DNA of 64,000 bases from Candidatus Eiseniibacteriota bacterium. GTDB lineage: Bacteria; Eisenbacteria; RBG-16-71-46; CAZAMP01. The translations under genes were made by a program, and so were the position numbers. The notes below the pieces were generated by a model. It searched no databases, was not told where the DNA came from, and saw nothing but the letters and a program-made list of their open reading frames with translations. The stretch covers positions 3,616,001 through 3,680,000 of the forward strand of contig OZ245046.1 in NCBI GenBank assembly GCA_965224245.1. The letters run 5' to 3'. Positions 10,929 through 21,706 of the stretch are shown piece after piece. Positions within the stretch are counted from its first letter, which is position 1. Each line of letters opens with the position of its first letter.

Positions 10929-11368
10929 TGACACGCACACGCCGACACCGGGCCATCCGGGCGCTTCTCGCCCGGGGCCCGATCCGAAGCCAGGGCGACC
11001 TCCGGGACTCGCTCGAGACCCAGGGAATCGACGTGACACAGGCCACACTCTCGCGGGACCTCCGGGAGATCGGAGTCGTGAAGGGCCCCGGCGGCTACCG
11101 CCTGCCCGGCAAACCGGTCTCCGTCCCGGCCGACGTCCTCGAAGACGCGATCCGCCGCGAGCTCGTGTCGGCCGCCGCGACCGGCGCGCTCGTCGTGCTG
11201 CGCACCGAGCCCGGCCACGCCAACGCCCTCGCCATCGATCTGGACACCTCGCCGACGAAGGAGATCCTCGGGACGATCGCGGGCGACGACACGGTCTTCG
11301 TCGCCACGCCGTCTCCCCGACACGCGCGACGCCTCCTCTCACGGTTCGACGCCCTCGTGACGCGCTGA
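10928..11368 (+). CDS. argR: Arginine repressor
   Basis: IRSQGDL, VTQATLSRDLREIG, VLRTEPGHA, ILGTIAGDDTVFV. Confidence 0.95.
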   Translation: MTRTRRHRAIRALLARGPIRSQGDLRDSLETQGIDVTQATLSRDLREIGVVKGPGGYRLPGKPVSVPADVLEDAIRRELVSAAATGALVVLRTEPGHANALAIDLDTSPTKEILGTIAGDDTVFVATPSPRHARRLLSRFDALVTR

Positions 11369-11445
11369 GCCGAGCCGCGCACGAGCCCGGTCACCCGTTT
11401 TTGCGAACACGTCATCTCGCACTTCCACTCGCAGGAGAATCGGAC

Positions 11446-12648
11446 ATGAAGGTCGCACTCGCATACTCCGGAGGGCTCGACACCTCCGCGATCATCCCCT
11501 GGCTGATCGAGAACTACGACGCGGAGGTCGTCGCCGTCGTGGGCGACGTGGGGCAGGATCCGGACGAGCTCCTGGGCATCGAGGCGAAGGCGCTCGCCTC
11601 GGGAGCGTCGGCCTGCGAGATCGTCGACCTGAAGGAGACCTTCATCTCCGACTACGCGTTTCTCGCCCTCAAGGCCGGTGCCGTGTACGAGGGGCAGTAC
11701 CTCCTGGGCACGGCGCTGGCGCGTCCGAGCCTGGCCCGCGCCCAGGTCGAGGTCGCGATGACGCACGGCTGCGAGGCGCTCTGCCACGGCTGCACCGGGA
11801 AGGGCAACGATCAGGTGCGGTTCGAGACCGTGTACGCGCACTTCGCTCCCCACATGACCGTGATCGCCCCCTGGCGCGAGTGGTCGTTCCGCTCACGCGA
11901 GGACCTCCTGTCCTACCTCCGGGAGAAGTCGGTGCCCACGACGGCGTCGGCGACCAAGATCTACAGCCGGGACGCCAACCTCTGGCACATGTCGCACGAG
12001 GGCGGCGTTCTCGAGGATCCGGCGATGGCGCCGCCGGACGACGTGTGGACGCTCACGGTCTCACCCGAGGACGCCCCGAACACGCCCCGGCACGTGACGA
12101 TCACGTTCGATTCGGGAACGCCGACCGAGATCGACGGGGTCGCGATGTCCCCCGCGACGCTGGTGGCCTCGCTGAACCGGATCGCGGGCGCCCACGGCGT
12201 CGGTCGGATCGATCTGGTGGAGAACCGGCTCATCGGGATCAAGTGCCGGGGCTGCTACGAGACGCCGGCCGGGACCGTTCTCCACGCCGCGCTCCGCGGG
12301 CTCGAGGACATCGTGTACGACCGGCCCACGCGGCGGTTCCGCGAGGAGGTCGGGATCCAGCTGGCGCACCTGGTCTACGACGGCCAGTGGTTCACGCCGC
12401 TTCGCACCGCTCTGGCCACCTGCGTCGATGCCATGGCCCAGCCGCTCTCGGGTCGGGTCACGTTGAAGCTCTACAAGGGCGTGGCGCTGGTGGAGGGACG
12501 CGAGAGCGTGAACTCGCGCTACGCGGCCGACTACGCCACGTTCGGCGAGGACGACGTGTTCGATCAGAAAGACGCCGCCGGGTTCATCAAGCTCCTCACG
12601 CTGCCGTCGCGAATCGCCGAGCGCCGCAAGCACACCGTGCCCGCGTGA
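11446..12648 (+). CDS. argG: Argininosuccinate synthase
   Basis: SD AGGAG; MKVALAYSGGLDTS, HGCTGKGNDQVRFE, YSRDANLWH, VENRLIGIKCRGCYETP. Confidence 0.97.
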   Translation: MKVALAYSGGLDTSAIIPWLIENYDAEVVAVVGDVGQDPDELLGIEAKALASGASACEIVDLKETFISDYAFLALKAGAVYEGQYLLGTALARPSLARAQVEVAMTHGCEALCHGCTGKGNDQVRFETVYAHFAPHMTVIAPWREWSFRSREDLLSYLREKSVPTTASATKIYSRDANLWHMSHEGGVLEDPAMAPPDDVWTLTVSPEDAPNTPRHVTITFDSGTPTEIDGVAMSPATLVASLNRIAGAHGVGRIDLVENRLIGIKCRGCYETPAGTVLHAALRGLEDIVYDRPTRRFREEVGIQLAHLVYDGQWFTPLRTALATCVDAMAQPLSGRVTLKLYKGVALVEGRESVNSRYAADYATFGEDDVFDQKDAAGFIKLLTLPSRIAERRKHTVPA

Positions 12649-12649
12649 T

Positions 12650-12712
12650 GCGGGCGCGCGTGCTCGATTGACGCGAGCCCGCGTGATCGATTGACGCGGG
12701 CCCGCGTGCTCG
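12650..12712. repeat. Imperfect 23-bp tandem repeat (about 2.7 copies) between convergent argG and prmC
   Basis: GCGGGCGCGCGTGCTCGATTGAC / GCGAGCCCGCGTGATCGATTGAC / GCGGGCCCGCGTGCTCG. Confidence 0.7.
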
Positions 12713-12724
12713 CGCGACGTCCAC

Positions 12725-13576
12725 TCAGCGCCGCGTGGCGAGCACGACCCGATCGAGCCCGGCGAGGTCTCGCCGGCACTCGAGGAACGAGAGCTCGGGC
12801 TCGCCCCGCACGACGTCGGTGGCCGAGCGACCCTGAGCGGCGCCGATCTCGAACGCGCAGAGGCCGCCGGCGCGAAGCACGCCGGGTGCCGCGCGGACGA
12901 GCGTCTTCACCACCTTTAGGCCGTCCGTGCCGGCGTAGAGGGCGAGGTGCGGCTCGTGGTCGTGCACGATCGGCGGCAGCGTCTCGTCGGTCGCGACGTA
13001 GGGCGGGTTCGACACGAGCACGTCGGCGTTCCGGACGTCGAGGGCCGAGAGCCCATCGCCGACGATGATCGCGAGCCGATCGATGACCCCGAGGCGCTGG
13101 GCGTTCGCGCGTGTCGTCCGGGCCGCGACCGACGAGCGGTCGATCCCGATCGCCCGCGCGACGGGGAGGGCGCGCAGGAGGCTCACCACGACGGCGCCCG
13201 ATCCGGTACCCACCTCCACGATCAGCCCGCCGCGTCCGCGGTCCGGCCAGGCGTCGACGACGGCCTCCACGAGGAGCTCGGTCTCGGGTCGGGGAATGAA
13301 CACGCCGGGACCGACGACGAAGCGGTCCTCGTAGAAGTCGGCGTAGCCCACCACGTACTGCCGCGGGACGCCGGACGCGCGGGCGGCCAGCGAGGCGTCG
13401 TAGCGGCGGCGCGACTCGGCCGAGACCGTGACGTCGCCGGTGACGAGATCCAGTCGATCCTCGAGGCCGAGCGCATCGGCCAGGAGAACCTCGGCCTCGC
13501 GCTTCGGATCGTCCACCACACCTCGGAGCCGCTGGGCCCCGTCGGCCAGGAGACGCATGAGGGTGTCGTTCCGCAT
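12725..13576 (-). CDS. prmC: Release factor glutamine methyltransferase
   Basis: VFIPRPETELLVE, VGTGSGA, VSNPPYV, EPHLALYAGTDGL, EIGAAQ; start approximate. Confidence 0.93.
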   Translation of the reverse strand: MRNDTLMRLLADGAQRLRGVVDDPKREAEVLLADALGLEDRLDLVTGDVTVSAESRRRYDASLAARASGVPRQYVVGYADFYEDRFVVGPGVFIPRPETELLVEAVVDAWPDRGRGGLIVEVGTGSGAVVVSLLRALPVARAIGIDRSSVAARTTRANAQRLGVIDRLAIIVGDGLSALDVRNADVLVSNPPYVATDETLPPIVHDHEPHLALYAGTDGLKVVKTLVRAAPGVLRAGGLCAFEIGAAQGRSATDVVRGEPELSFLECRRDLAGLDRVVLATRR

Positions 13577-13697
13577 CCGAGGTCGGCCTCGTGTGGGTGG
13601 ATGAGAGCCTGCCGCGCGGTCTCGAGCGAGTCCGCGGAGGAGCCGACGAGCGTCCGGTGACCGCACCGCACGGCTCCTCCCCGGATCCGGCGTCGCC

Positions 13698-15650
13698 TCA
13701 GTCCAGGATCGTCACGCGCGCGGACGACCCGGTGAGCTCACGCCCCGTCGCCGTCGCCGCCACCGCGTAGTATGCACCCTGCGGCACGCGGCGTCCGCCG
13801 TCGTCGTTGCCGTCCCAGTGCCAGCGGGCGGCGCCCCCGCTCCTGTGGGGAGCCCCGGTCAGCACGCGGACGAGCCGTCCCGAGACGTCGTACACCCGGA
13901 GTGAGAGCTCGCCGTCGGACCCGGCCTCCTCGCTCGACAGCCCGCCGATGGTGACCTCGACCCCGTACCGCGAGGGGTTCGGCCGCACCGTGGCCCGGAG
14001 CACGTCGGCCCGCGGCTCGGACAACCGAGGGATCGTGGCCAGGTCGTACGTCCACTGCCACACCAGACCCCCCGCCTCCGGCACGGCCAGCGCCTCGGTC
14101 CACTGCAACACCTGCACGTACATCGACAGCGCCGGCTCGAGATAGCCCGCCGACGGGAGCCCTTGATAGAACGAGTTCATCAGGCCGGTGTATCCCCAGA
14201 TGAAGTCCGTCGTTTGAATCGTGCTGGCGATGTGTGCCGGGAACATGCCCCCCGGCGTGGTCGGGAATGTCAGGAGCTGACCGGACAGCCAGTTGGCCGC
14301 GCGCAGATAGGCGACGCCGTACGTGAGATCGGCGGTCACGTCGTAGAGCTCGCCGAGGTAGTTCATGGGGCCGATGTGACCGACGCACCAGTTCGTGTCC
14401 CCGAAGTGCGCGGTCCAGTCCAGCGTGTTCTGAACGACGTCTTCGTTGCCCTGGTAGAGGACGTAGTTGCCCGCCCCCACGGCGTGGTCGAGGAACGCCT
14501 GATCCCCCCACAGCGCGTGGGCCTGGAGGAACAGGCGTCCGATGCCCGCGGCTCCACCCCCCGCGATCACCGAGTACGACGGCGGGACCCCCTCGCGGCC
14601 CGGCCACTTGTACGCCGGCTGCCGCGGCGCCGCCGGCTCGGAAACCGCGATGTTGATCATGTGCGTGAGCGCCGCCCTCGCGAGCTGTTCGTAGCGCATG
14701 TTGGTCGGCCACGTGCGGGCCATGTCGATGAACAGCTCGGCGATGCCCGAGGTGCCGCCACAGAACCCGGTGTACGTCAGGTTGTAGTCGAGCGGGCGAC
14801 GGGCGGCCCAGCTCTTGCCTCCGGCGCCGTCGTCGTCGGCGATGAACTCGAGGGCGTCGACGGTGCATAGGGCGACGTTCAACGCATGCGTGCTTCCGGT
14901 GGCGCGATAGACCTCGACCGCCCCGCGCGCGATGCCGGTGTTCCCGTAGGCCGCGAAGCTGTAGTCGTGCGGATACGGGAGCTCCTCGAAGTAGAAGCAC
15001 CCCGGCGCGTTCACCCACCCGGGAAGCCAGGTTCCGAACCACGAGAGGGGGAGCTTGACGTTGTCCAGCCACAGCATCGCGTCGTTCGCGAGGTCGCGGT
15101 AGGCCGTGTTGCCGGTCCGCAGATAGCCCTCGGCGAACGCCATCGCGTTCCACGCAGTCGAGACCTTGGCGATCTTGTCCAGCGTGGGGTCGACGTTCTC
15201 CCAGGCGTACCAGGCGACGCCACCCCCGGTCTGAGGCACCGCCCGCGTCGCCATCCAGTCGAGCGCACCCTTCCAGTAGGTGTCCGACCCGACGTAGTTG
15301 GCCTCCATGAAGAGCTGCGCGACGGCCCCCATGCTGACGATCCCGTGCGCGCGGCCGGGGGGCGCCACGACCGACGACGCATCACCGCCGGCGGACGACA
15401 CCCCGACGGTACGGCTGTCGGCGAGGGGCGGCAGGCCGGCGGCCGCGCGCATCTCGTCGACCCATCCCGGGTACTCGGGCATCTTGCCGAAGAGCCCGCA
15501 GCTCGCGTCCGGGTCGGCCGGTGCGCCCGGCGTCGGGACCGGCCCGCAGGCGTCGGCCGGCGGGACGAGGCCGGCCGCCACCGCGGCGACCGACATCACG
15601 CCGAGCGGCGCCCCCCATCGACGATCGGCGATCCACTCACGTAGGTTCAT
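13698..15650 (-). CDS. Secreted LanC-like (alpha/alpha barrel) protein with C-terminal FlgD-Ig/T9SS-like domain
   Basis: Signal-like N-terminus; repeated GxxG helix starts ([36 protein letters not shown]); C-terminal PNP...[10 protein letters not shown]...WDG...GAY. Confidence 0.7.
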   Translation of the reverse strand: MNLREWIADRRWGAPLGVMSVAAVAAGLVPPADACGPVPTPGAPADPDASCGLFGKMPEYPGWVDEMRAAAGLPPLADSRTVGVSSAGGDASSVVAPPGRAHGIVSMGAVAQLFMEANYVGSDTYWKGALDWMATRAVPQTGGGVAWYAWENVDPTLDKIAKVSTAWNAMAFAEGYLRTGNTAYRDLANDAMLWLDNVKLPLSWFGTWLPGWVNAPGCFYFEELPYPHDYSFAAYGNTGIARGAVEVYRATGSTHALNVALCTVDALEFIADDDGAGGKSWAARRPLDYNLTYTGFCGGTSGIAELFIDMARTWPTNMRYEQLARAALTHMINIAVSEPAAPRQPAYKWPGREGVPPSYSVIAGGGAAGIGRLFLQAHALWGDQAFLDHAVGAGNYVLYQGNEDVVQNTLDWTAHFGDTNWCVGHIGPMNYLGELYDVTADLTYGVAYLRAANWLSGQLLTFPTTPGGMFPAHIASTIQTTDFIWGYTGLMNSFYQGLPSAGYLEPALSMYVQVLQWTEALAVPEAGGLVWQWTYDLATIPRLSEPRADVLRATVRPNPSRYGVEVTIGGLSSEEAGSDGELSLRVYDVSGRLVRVLTGAPHRSGGAARWHWDGNDDGGRRVPQGAYYAVAATATGRELTGSSARVTILD

Positions 15651-15952
15651 CGGGCCCTCCACGGTCTGGGCCGCCGCGCGGTCGGCGCGGTCGCGCGGAC
15701 AGGCGACGGCTGGTCAACGATCGAGCGCCCGGCGGGAGCCGAGCGAGCGGGCGACCGATGCTGGGGCGGGCGTGGAGCTGGGCAGCGGATGAAGATGAGA
15801 CGACACGGGTCGCCATCGACGAGTACGAGTCTGGCATCGGGGGTGCCGGGGCGCAACTCGGGACACGATCTCCGCCGCGGCCCGGTCCGAGCGGCGGCTT
15901 CGGACTGCGGAGAGGAGGATCCGACCGGCGTGTCGGCGGTGCCGGACGGGCG

Positions 15953-17044
15953 TCACTCGGCCAGGGACGCGGCCTCCAGCCGCTCCTGGGCATCGACGAG
16001 CATCAGCGCATCGGACATCTCGTCGAGGTCGCCGTCCAGGAACTCGGGCAGCCGGTGCAACGTCATCTTGATCCGATGGTCGGTCACGCGACCCTGCGGG
16101 AAGTTGTACGTGCGGATCTTCGCGCTGCGATCGCCCGAGGAGACCTGCGAGCGGCGCATCGCGGCCTCGGCCTCCTGCTTCTTGCGTTGCTCGAGGTCGT
16201 AGAGTCGCGACCGGAGGACGACCATCGCCCGGGCGCGGTTCTTGTGCTGGCTCTTCTCGTCCTGACACGACACGACGAGCCCGGTCGGGACGTGCGTGAG
16301 GCGGACGGCGGACTCGGTCTTGTTGACGTGCTGTCCGCCCGCACCCGATGCCCGGAACACGTCGACCCGGATGTCGTCCGGGCTGATGCTGACGTCCACG
16401 TCCTCGGCCTCGGGCAGCACGACGACGCTGGCCGCCGACGTGTGGATGCGTCCGGACGCCTCGGTCTCGGGGACCCGCTGCACGCGGTGCACGCCGCTCT
16501 CGAACTTGAGACGGGAGTGCACCTCCTCGCCGCTGACGCGCATCAGCGCTTCCTTGACGCCGCCCGCTCCGCTCTCGCTGAGGGCGATGAGCTCGGTCCT
16601 CCAGCCGCGGCGCTCGGCGTGGCGCGTGTACATCCGCAGGAGGTCGCCCGCGAACAGCGCGGCCTCTTCCCCACCGGTGCCCGCGCGGATCTCCAGGATC
16701 ACGTTCTTGTCGTCGTTGGGGTCGGCCGGGATCAACAGAAGCTGGAGGGTCTTCTCGAGCTCGGGCCGCCGGGCCTCGAGCTCGGGGATCTCGGCCGCGG
16801 CGAGTTCGGCCATCTCCGCGTCGTCACCGTCGGCGAGCTCTCTCGCCTCGGCGAGCTGGGTCTCGAGCGAGCGGTAGGCGTTGATCGACTGGATCAGCGA
16901 CTCCAGCCGCCGCACCTCGCGTCCGATCTCGCGCAGCGCCGAGTGGTCGGCCAGCACCTCGGGGGCGCTCATCCGCGTGGTCAGCTCCGAGAGGCGCGCC
17001 TCGTACTTCTCCACCGAGCCCAGGACACGCGACATGTTCAGCAC
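15953..17044 (-). CDS. prfA: Peptide chain release factor 1
   Basis: [26 protein letters not shown] (PxT), [20 protein letters not shown] 17044 with SD GGAGG. Confidence 0.97.
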   Translation of the reverse strand: MLNMSRVLGSVEKYEARLSELTTRMSAPEVLADHSALREIGREVRRLESLIQSINAYRSLETQLAEARELADGDDAEMAELAAAEIPELEARRPELEKTLQLLLIPADPNDDKNVILEIRAGTGGEEAALFAGDLLRMYTRHAERRGWRTELIALSESGAGGVKEALMRVSGEEVHSRLKFESGVHRVQRVPETEASGRIHTSAASVVVLPEAEDVDVSISPDDIRVDVFRASGAGGQHVNKTESAVRLTHVPTGLVVSCQDEKSQHKNRARAMVVLRSRLYDLEQRKKQEAEAAMRRSQVSSGDRSAKIRTYNFPQGRVTDHRIKMTLHRLPEFLDGDLDEMSDALMLVDAQERLEAASLAE

Positions 17045-17170
17045 GACCGACCTCCACCTCGAGTCGCCGCCGGCGCCGGCAGAGCCGGTGCCCCCTCCAT
17101 GCTCACATACCACGAGACCCCAGCCGCGGCCACGCGCAGCTGGGGTCGAAACGATCGGGACACGAGGACG

Positions 17171-17437
17171 CTAGCCGGCAGCCGGCGTCTCCTTGGTGTC
17201 GGCTCCGGCGGTGGCCGGTGTCGGCGCGTCTTCCTCTTCGAGGCTGTACTTCTTTCGGAAGCGCTCGACGCGACCGGCGGTGTCGACGAGCTTCTGCTTG
17301 CCGGTGAAGAACGGGTGACAGGCCGAGCAGATCTCGATCGTGAGGTCCTTGCCCAGCGTCGACTGCGTCTGGAAGCTGTTTCCGCAGACGCAGGTCACGG
17401 TGATGACGCCGTACGTCGGATGGATGTCTGCCTTCAT
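17171..17437 (-). CDS. rpmE: 50S ribosomal protein L31 (Zn-binding type)
   Basis: [31 protein letters not shown]. Confidence 0.97.
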   Translation of the reverse strand: MKADIHPTYGVITVTCVCGNSFQTQSTLGKDLTIEICSACHPFFTGKQKLVDTAGRVERFRKKYSLEEEDAPTPATAGADTKETPAAG

Positions 17438-17494
17438 CGGTCGGTCCTTCTGGTAGCGCCGGTCCGGCGCGGGGGTACGGTTTTCAGGGCGGCG

Positions 17495-17524
17495 AGTGTA
17501 GCAAGCCCTTCGAGGCGCGATCAA
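17495..17524 (-). promoter_or_regulatory. Putative sigma70 promoter of rpmE
   Basis: TTGATC-N18-TACACT with extended TG. Confidence 0.5.
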
Positions 17525-17765
17525 GCGACCGAACGAGGGCCACCGGCGGATCCCTCGACCGGCGACTTGCCCTCATGCGTCGTCATGCTCACCAGAGTGA
17601 GCATTGACGCACGGATCGGCAATCAGGGCAGGCGGGTCGGGCGCCGGGGCCCACTTCGCCCTCAGATGCGCCAGAAGGTCCGAGCGGTTCGGGGGCATCG
17701 CGATCGTCACCGACAAACGACTGCCGCACAACACATTAGACGAAACGAGCCACCGCCCCGCCACC

Positions 17766-19064
17766 CTACGTGTTCATCAGCTCCAAGAACTTCTTGTTCG
17801 TCTTCGTCTCGGCCATCTTGTTGGTCAGGAACTCCATGGCCTCGATCGGATTGAGCTCCGAGAGGAACTTCCGGAGGATCCAGATCTTGTTCAGGACGTC
17901 CTTGTCGAGGAGCAGCTCCTCGCGGCGGGTGCCCGAGCGGTTGATGTCGATGGCCGGGAAGATGCGCCGGTCGGCGAGCTTGCGATCCAGGACGAGCTCG
18001 CAGTTACCGGTGCCCTTGAACTCCTCGAAGATGACGTCGTCCATGCGGCTGCCGGTCTCGACGAGCGCGGTGGCCACGATGGTCAGGGAGCCGCCCTCCT
18101 CGATGTTGCGCGCGGCCCCGAAGAACCGCTTGGGGCGCTGAAGGGCGTTGGCGTCGACGCCACCGGAGAGGATCTTGCCCGAGTGCGGCACCACGGTGTT
18201 GTGGGCGCGGGCGAGACGCGTGATCGAGTCCAGGAGGATGACCACGTCGCGGCCGTGCTCGACCAGGCGACGCGCCTTCTCGATGACCATCTCGGCCACC
18301 TGCACGTGACGCTCCGGCGGCTCGTCGAACGTGGAGCTGACCACCTCGCCGACGACCGAGCGCTCCATGTCGGTGACCTCCTCGGGGCGCTCGTCGATGA
18401 GCAGCACGATGAGGTCGATCTCCGGGTGGTTCTCGGTGATGGCGTTGGCGATCTTCTGGAGAATGATCGTCTTACCGGCCTTGGGGGGCGACACGATGAG
18501 GCCGCGCTGCCCGAGCCCGACCGGCGCCAGGAGATCGATGATGCGCGTGGTGAAGTCGCGGTCCTTGCACTCGAGCTTCAGCTTCTGCTCGGGGTAGAGC
18601 GGGGTCAGGTTGTCGAAGATGGTCTTCGACTTGGCCTTCTCCGGTGGCTCGAAGTTGACCGCCTCGACACGAAGGAGCGCGAAGTAGCGCTCGCCGTCCT
18701 TCGGCGGGCGCACCTGGCCGTTGACGGTGTCGCCGGTGCGCAGGTCGAAGCGCTTGATCTGCGACGGCGAGACGTAGATGTCGTCCGGGCCCGGCAGGTA
18801 GTTGTAGTCGGGCGAGCGCAGGAAGCCGTACCCCTCGGGCAGGATCTCCAGCACGCCCTTGGCGAAGATGAGACCGTTCAGATTGGTCTGGGCCTCGAGG
18901 ATCTTGAAGATGAGCTCCTGCTTGCGGAGGCCGGAGGCGCCCTGGACTCCGAGATCGGTCGCGACGTCCATCAGATCGGAGATCGTTCGCGACTTCATCT
19001 CGGCGATGTCGAGCTGGGCGGGCCGATCCTTGGGCTCGGCGGCTTGCTCCTCGACGTTCTTCAT
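17766..19064 (-). CDS. rho: Transcription termination factor Rho
   Basis: [43 protein letters not shown]. Confidence 0.98.
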   Translation of the reverse strand: MKNVEEQAAEPKDRPAQLDIAEMKSRTISDLMDVATDLGVQGASGLRKQELIFKILEAQTNLNGLIFAKGVLEILPEGYGFLRSPDYNYLPGPDDIYVSPSQIKRFDLRTGDTVNGQVRPPKDGERYFALLRVEAVNFEPPEKAKSKTIFDNLTPLYPEQKLKLECKDRDFTTRIIDLLAPVGLGQRGLIVSPPKAGKTIILQKIANAITENHPEIDLIVLLIDERPEEVTDMERSVVGEVVSSTFDEPPERHVQVAEMVIEKARRLVEHGRDVVILLDSITRLARAHNTVVPHSGKILSGGVDANALQRPKRFFGAARNIEEGGSLTIVATALVETGSRMDDVIFEEFKGTGNCELVLDRKLADRRIFPAIDINRSGTRREELLLDKDVLNKIWILRKFLSELNPIEAMEFLTNKMAETKTNKKFLELMNT

Positions 19065-19455
19065 GTGGCGTCGTCCTGAGGTAGGTGTGGTTGGTTCGGA
19101 CTCCGCGGGCACCTCGTCGGGCGCGGCGGGACTGGTTGAGCGATTGGGGCGGGGAATGACGGTCTCCTGGAGTTCACGCGTGGTCGGAGTCGAGCTCGGG
19201 CCGAGGGTTCGGGAGAACACCGGCACGGTGCCTCGGGATCACGCGCAATCGAGTATCGACCAACGAAACCGGTAACGTCTCACGGTATTCTGCATGTGCC
19301 GTCTGAACGGGGCGCGGCGGTGTCGTCTTGGAGCGGTCGTCCCAGCGTGGCGCGGCGCTGCCCGTCGTGATCCACGGTGGGTTGCGAGAACCCCGAGAGA
19401 GTCGTGGAAACAGCGGCGGGAGACACGCGGGAGCGCCCGCTGAGCGAATGTCCGG

Positions 19456-19485
19456 ATGATAGGGAGCGTTCTCGGCGAGCGTCAA
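19456..19485 (-). promoter_or_regulatory. Putative sigma70 promoter of rho, giving a leader of about 385 nt
   Basis: TTGACG-N18-TATCAT. Confidence 0.55.
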
Positions 19486-20477
19486 CGATTTTCTGGACGC
19501 CCGAACAGCCTCCGGAGCGATGCTCCGTGACGCTCCATGTCGTCGCGTCGCAGTCGTTTCCGGAGCTGCTCGGCCTCCGCTCCTCCGGTCTTCGCGTCGG
19601 CAAGCACACGTTCCCAGAAGCGCCCGGAACGGATCTCCTCGAGGATCCGCTCCATCGCTCGGCGGGACTCCGCGCCGACCACGTCCATCCCCGCCCGGAG
19701 TGAGCCGTAGCGCGCCGTCGGCGAGATGGCGTCCCACATGCCGTCGACGCCGTAGCGCGTGATCAACCCCGCGGTCAGCTGGATCTGCTGGACGCACTCG
19801 AGGTAGGCCATCTCCGGCGGATGGCCCGCCGCCACGAGCGTCTCGTAGCCCGCGGTCACCAGCGCCGCCAGTCCTCCGCAGAGGACGGCCTGCTCGCCGA
19901 ACAGGTCGACGACGGCCTCGTCGGTCGCCGTCGCGACGAGGACCCCCGCGCGGGCGCATCCGATGCCCTTCGCGTAGGCCAGCGCCGTCTCCAGCGCGCG
20001 CCCACCGGCGTCGGCGTACACACCGACCACGGCCGGAATCCCGTCGCCGGCCACGTAGCGGCCGCGCAGCTCCACCCCCGGCCCCACCGGCGCGATGACG
20101 ACGGCATCGTGACCGGCCGGGACGTCCAGCGAGCCGAACACGAATGCCGACGCGTGCGCGAGACCGATGGTGGTGCCGGGATCGAGACCGCCGGTGACGT
20201 GCTCGTCGAACACGCGGCCGACGTGCTCGTCGGGGACCAGCAGCATCACGAGATCGGCTCCGCGGCCCGCCTCCTGGAGATCGAGCGGCGCGAAGCCGTC
20301 GGCGACCGCCCGGTCGCGGCCGCGGCCGGGGCGCGCCCCCACGCGCACCCGGAGCCCCGAGTCGCGGAGATTCAACGCCTGAGCGCGACCCTGATTCCCG
20401 TAGCCGACGATCGCGACCACGGCATCCGCCAGAGGCGCGGCGGAGATCGCGTCGTCTCGGAGGATCCGGTCCGTCAT
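19482..20477 (-). CDS. ilvC: Ketol-acid reductoisomerase homologue (class I), divergent active site
   Basis: VGYGNQGRAQALNLRDSG, LVPDE, DLFGEQAVLCGG, PEMAYLEC, ISPTARYG. Confidence 0.85.
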   Translation of the reverse strand: MTDRILRDDAISAAPLADAVVAIVGYGNQGRAQALNLRDSGLRVRVGARPGRGRDRAVADGFAPLDLQEAGRGADLVMLLVPDEHVGRVFDEHVTGGLDPGTTIGLAHASAFVFGSLDVPAGHDAVVIAPVGPGVELRGRYVAGDGIPAVVGVYADAGGRALETALAYAKGIGCARAGVLVATATDEAVVDLFGEQAVLCGGLAALVTAGYETLVAAGHPPEMAYLECVQQIQLTAGLITRYGVDGMWDAISPTARYGSLRAGMDVVGAESRRAMERILEEIRSGRFWERVLADAKTGGAEAEQLRKRLRRDDMERHGASLRRLFGRPENR

Positions 20478-21706
20478 GGTGCGACCTCGCTCGTCGGGGG
20501 ACCGGCCGCCACGATCGGCTCGGTGGTGTGCTCGAACGTGTCCTCGCCGATCAGGCGTCCGTCGGAGAAGGACGCGATCCGCGACGGGTCGCGATGGAAC
20601 CACACCTCGATCGTGCTTCCGCTCTTCTCGACGTACCGCTGGATCCTCGCCGGGGGACCGTCGAGGACGAAGCGCTTTCGTCCCTCGCGTCCGACCTGAC
20701 CCGAGAGATCCAGTACCGATCGTGGCACCGGAACCGACGTCCCCCGCGCGGCGCGGGCGGCGGTGATGGTCAGCGTGGCACCGGCGCGATCGCCGGCCTC
20801 GAGCCGGATGCGCGCGAGGAGCTCCAGCGCGGGCGCCTGCCACGGCGTGACCGCGATCGCCTCGCGCGCCGCCCGTTCGGCGACGTCCCGGTCGCCGAGG
20901 CGGTAATGGGCGAGGGCGAAGTTGTAGAGCGCCTCGGCGTCGGTCGGCAGCTTCTCGAGAATCGTCGCGAAACGAGCGCCGGCCTCCTCGAACGCCGCGC
21001 GATCGCCGGTGGCCTCGCCCAGCCGATGGAGGCTCACCCCGAGCTGGTACTGGGCGCGCACGTCGTCGGGCGCCAGGGACACGGCGTCGCGGGCGAGGGC
21101 CACCGCCTCGGCCTGGCGTCCTCCGGACGCGTTCTCCTCGGCCCCGCGCACCAGCGCCGCGACCACGGCGCCCTTCTGGCGGGAGTCCTCGCGGGCAAGC
21201 GCGACCGCTCGCGCGAAGAGCTCGATGGTGCCCTCCGGCTCGCCCTCGTGGAGCATCAGCGTGGCCCGCGCCGCGTACGTGCCGGCGGACGCCGGATCCA
21301 CTCGCTCGGCTCTCGAGAGGAGGTCCGTGGCCAGGCGACGATCCGTGTCGCTCGCGCGATCGAGCGTGTCGAGGACGGCCTGGACCGGGACGAAGAGATC
21401 CCGCCAGATCGTGCGCCGCATCGTCGCCGCCCGGGCCGCCTCCTTCTTACCCTTGGCCTCGGCCTTCTCGAGCGCCCGGAGCGCCTCGTCGTCGCGGCCC
21501 ACGCGCACCGCCGCGCGCGCGTAGAGCCGCAGCACCGAGTCGTCGTTCGGGTGCTCGCGCAGCTCGGCGTCCACGCGCTCGAATGCGCGCTGATCCTCTC
21601 CGCGGTCCAGATCGAGCGACGCCGACCGGAGAGCCGCGTTCCCGCCGCATCCGGCACCGAGGCCCGCGATCGCGATCGTGAGGATCGCCAGGACTCCGGC
21701 TCTCAC
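20474..21706 (-). CDS. TPR-repeat lipoprotein
   Basis: GTG overlaps the priA stop; lipobox LGAGC; TPR-like helices (AQYQLG, ALYNFALAHYRLG). Confidence 0.75.
   Translation of the reverse strand: MRAGVLAILTIAIAGLGAGCGGNAALRSASLDLDRGEDQRAFERVDAELREHPNDDSVLRLYARAAVRVGRDDEALRALEKAEAKGKKEAARAATMRRTIWRDLFVPVQAVLDTLDRASDTDRRLATDLLSRAERVDPASAGTYAARATLMLHEGEPEGTIELFARAVALAREDSRQKGAVVAALVRGAEENASGGRQAEAVALARDAVSLAPDDVRAQYQLGVSLHRLGEATGDRAAFEEAGARFATILEKLPTDAEALYNFALAHYRLGDRDVAERAAREAIAVTPWQAPALELLARIRLEAGDRAGATLTITAARAARGTSVPVPRSVLDLSGQVGREGRKRFVLDGPPARIQRYVEKSGSTIEVWFHRDPSRIASFSDGRLIGEDTFEHTTEPIVAAGPPTSEVAP

Noticed and set aside
13698-15650. Lanthipeptide biosynthetic cluster
   Set aside because: No dehydratase, precursor or transporter adjacent; the protein appears secreted.
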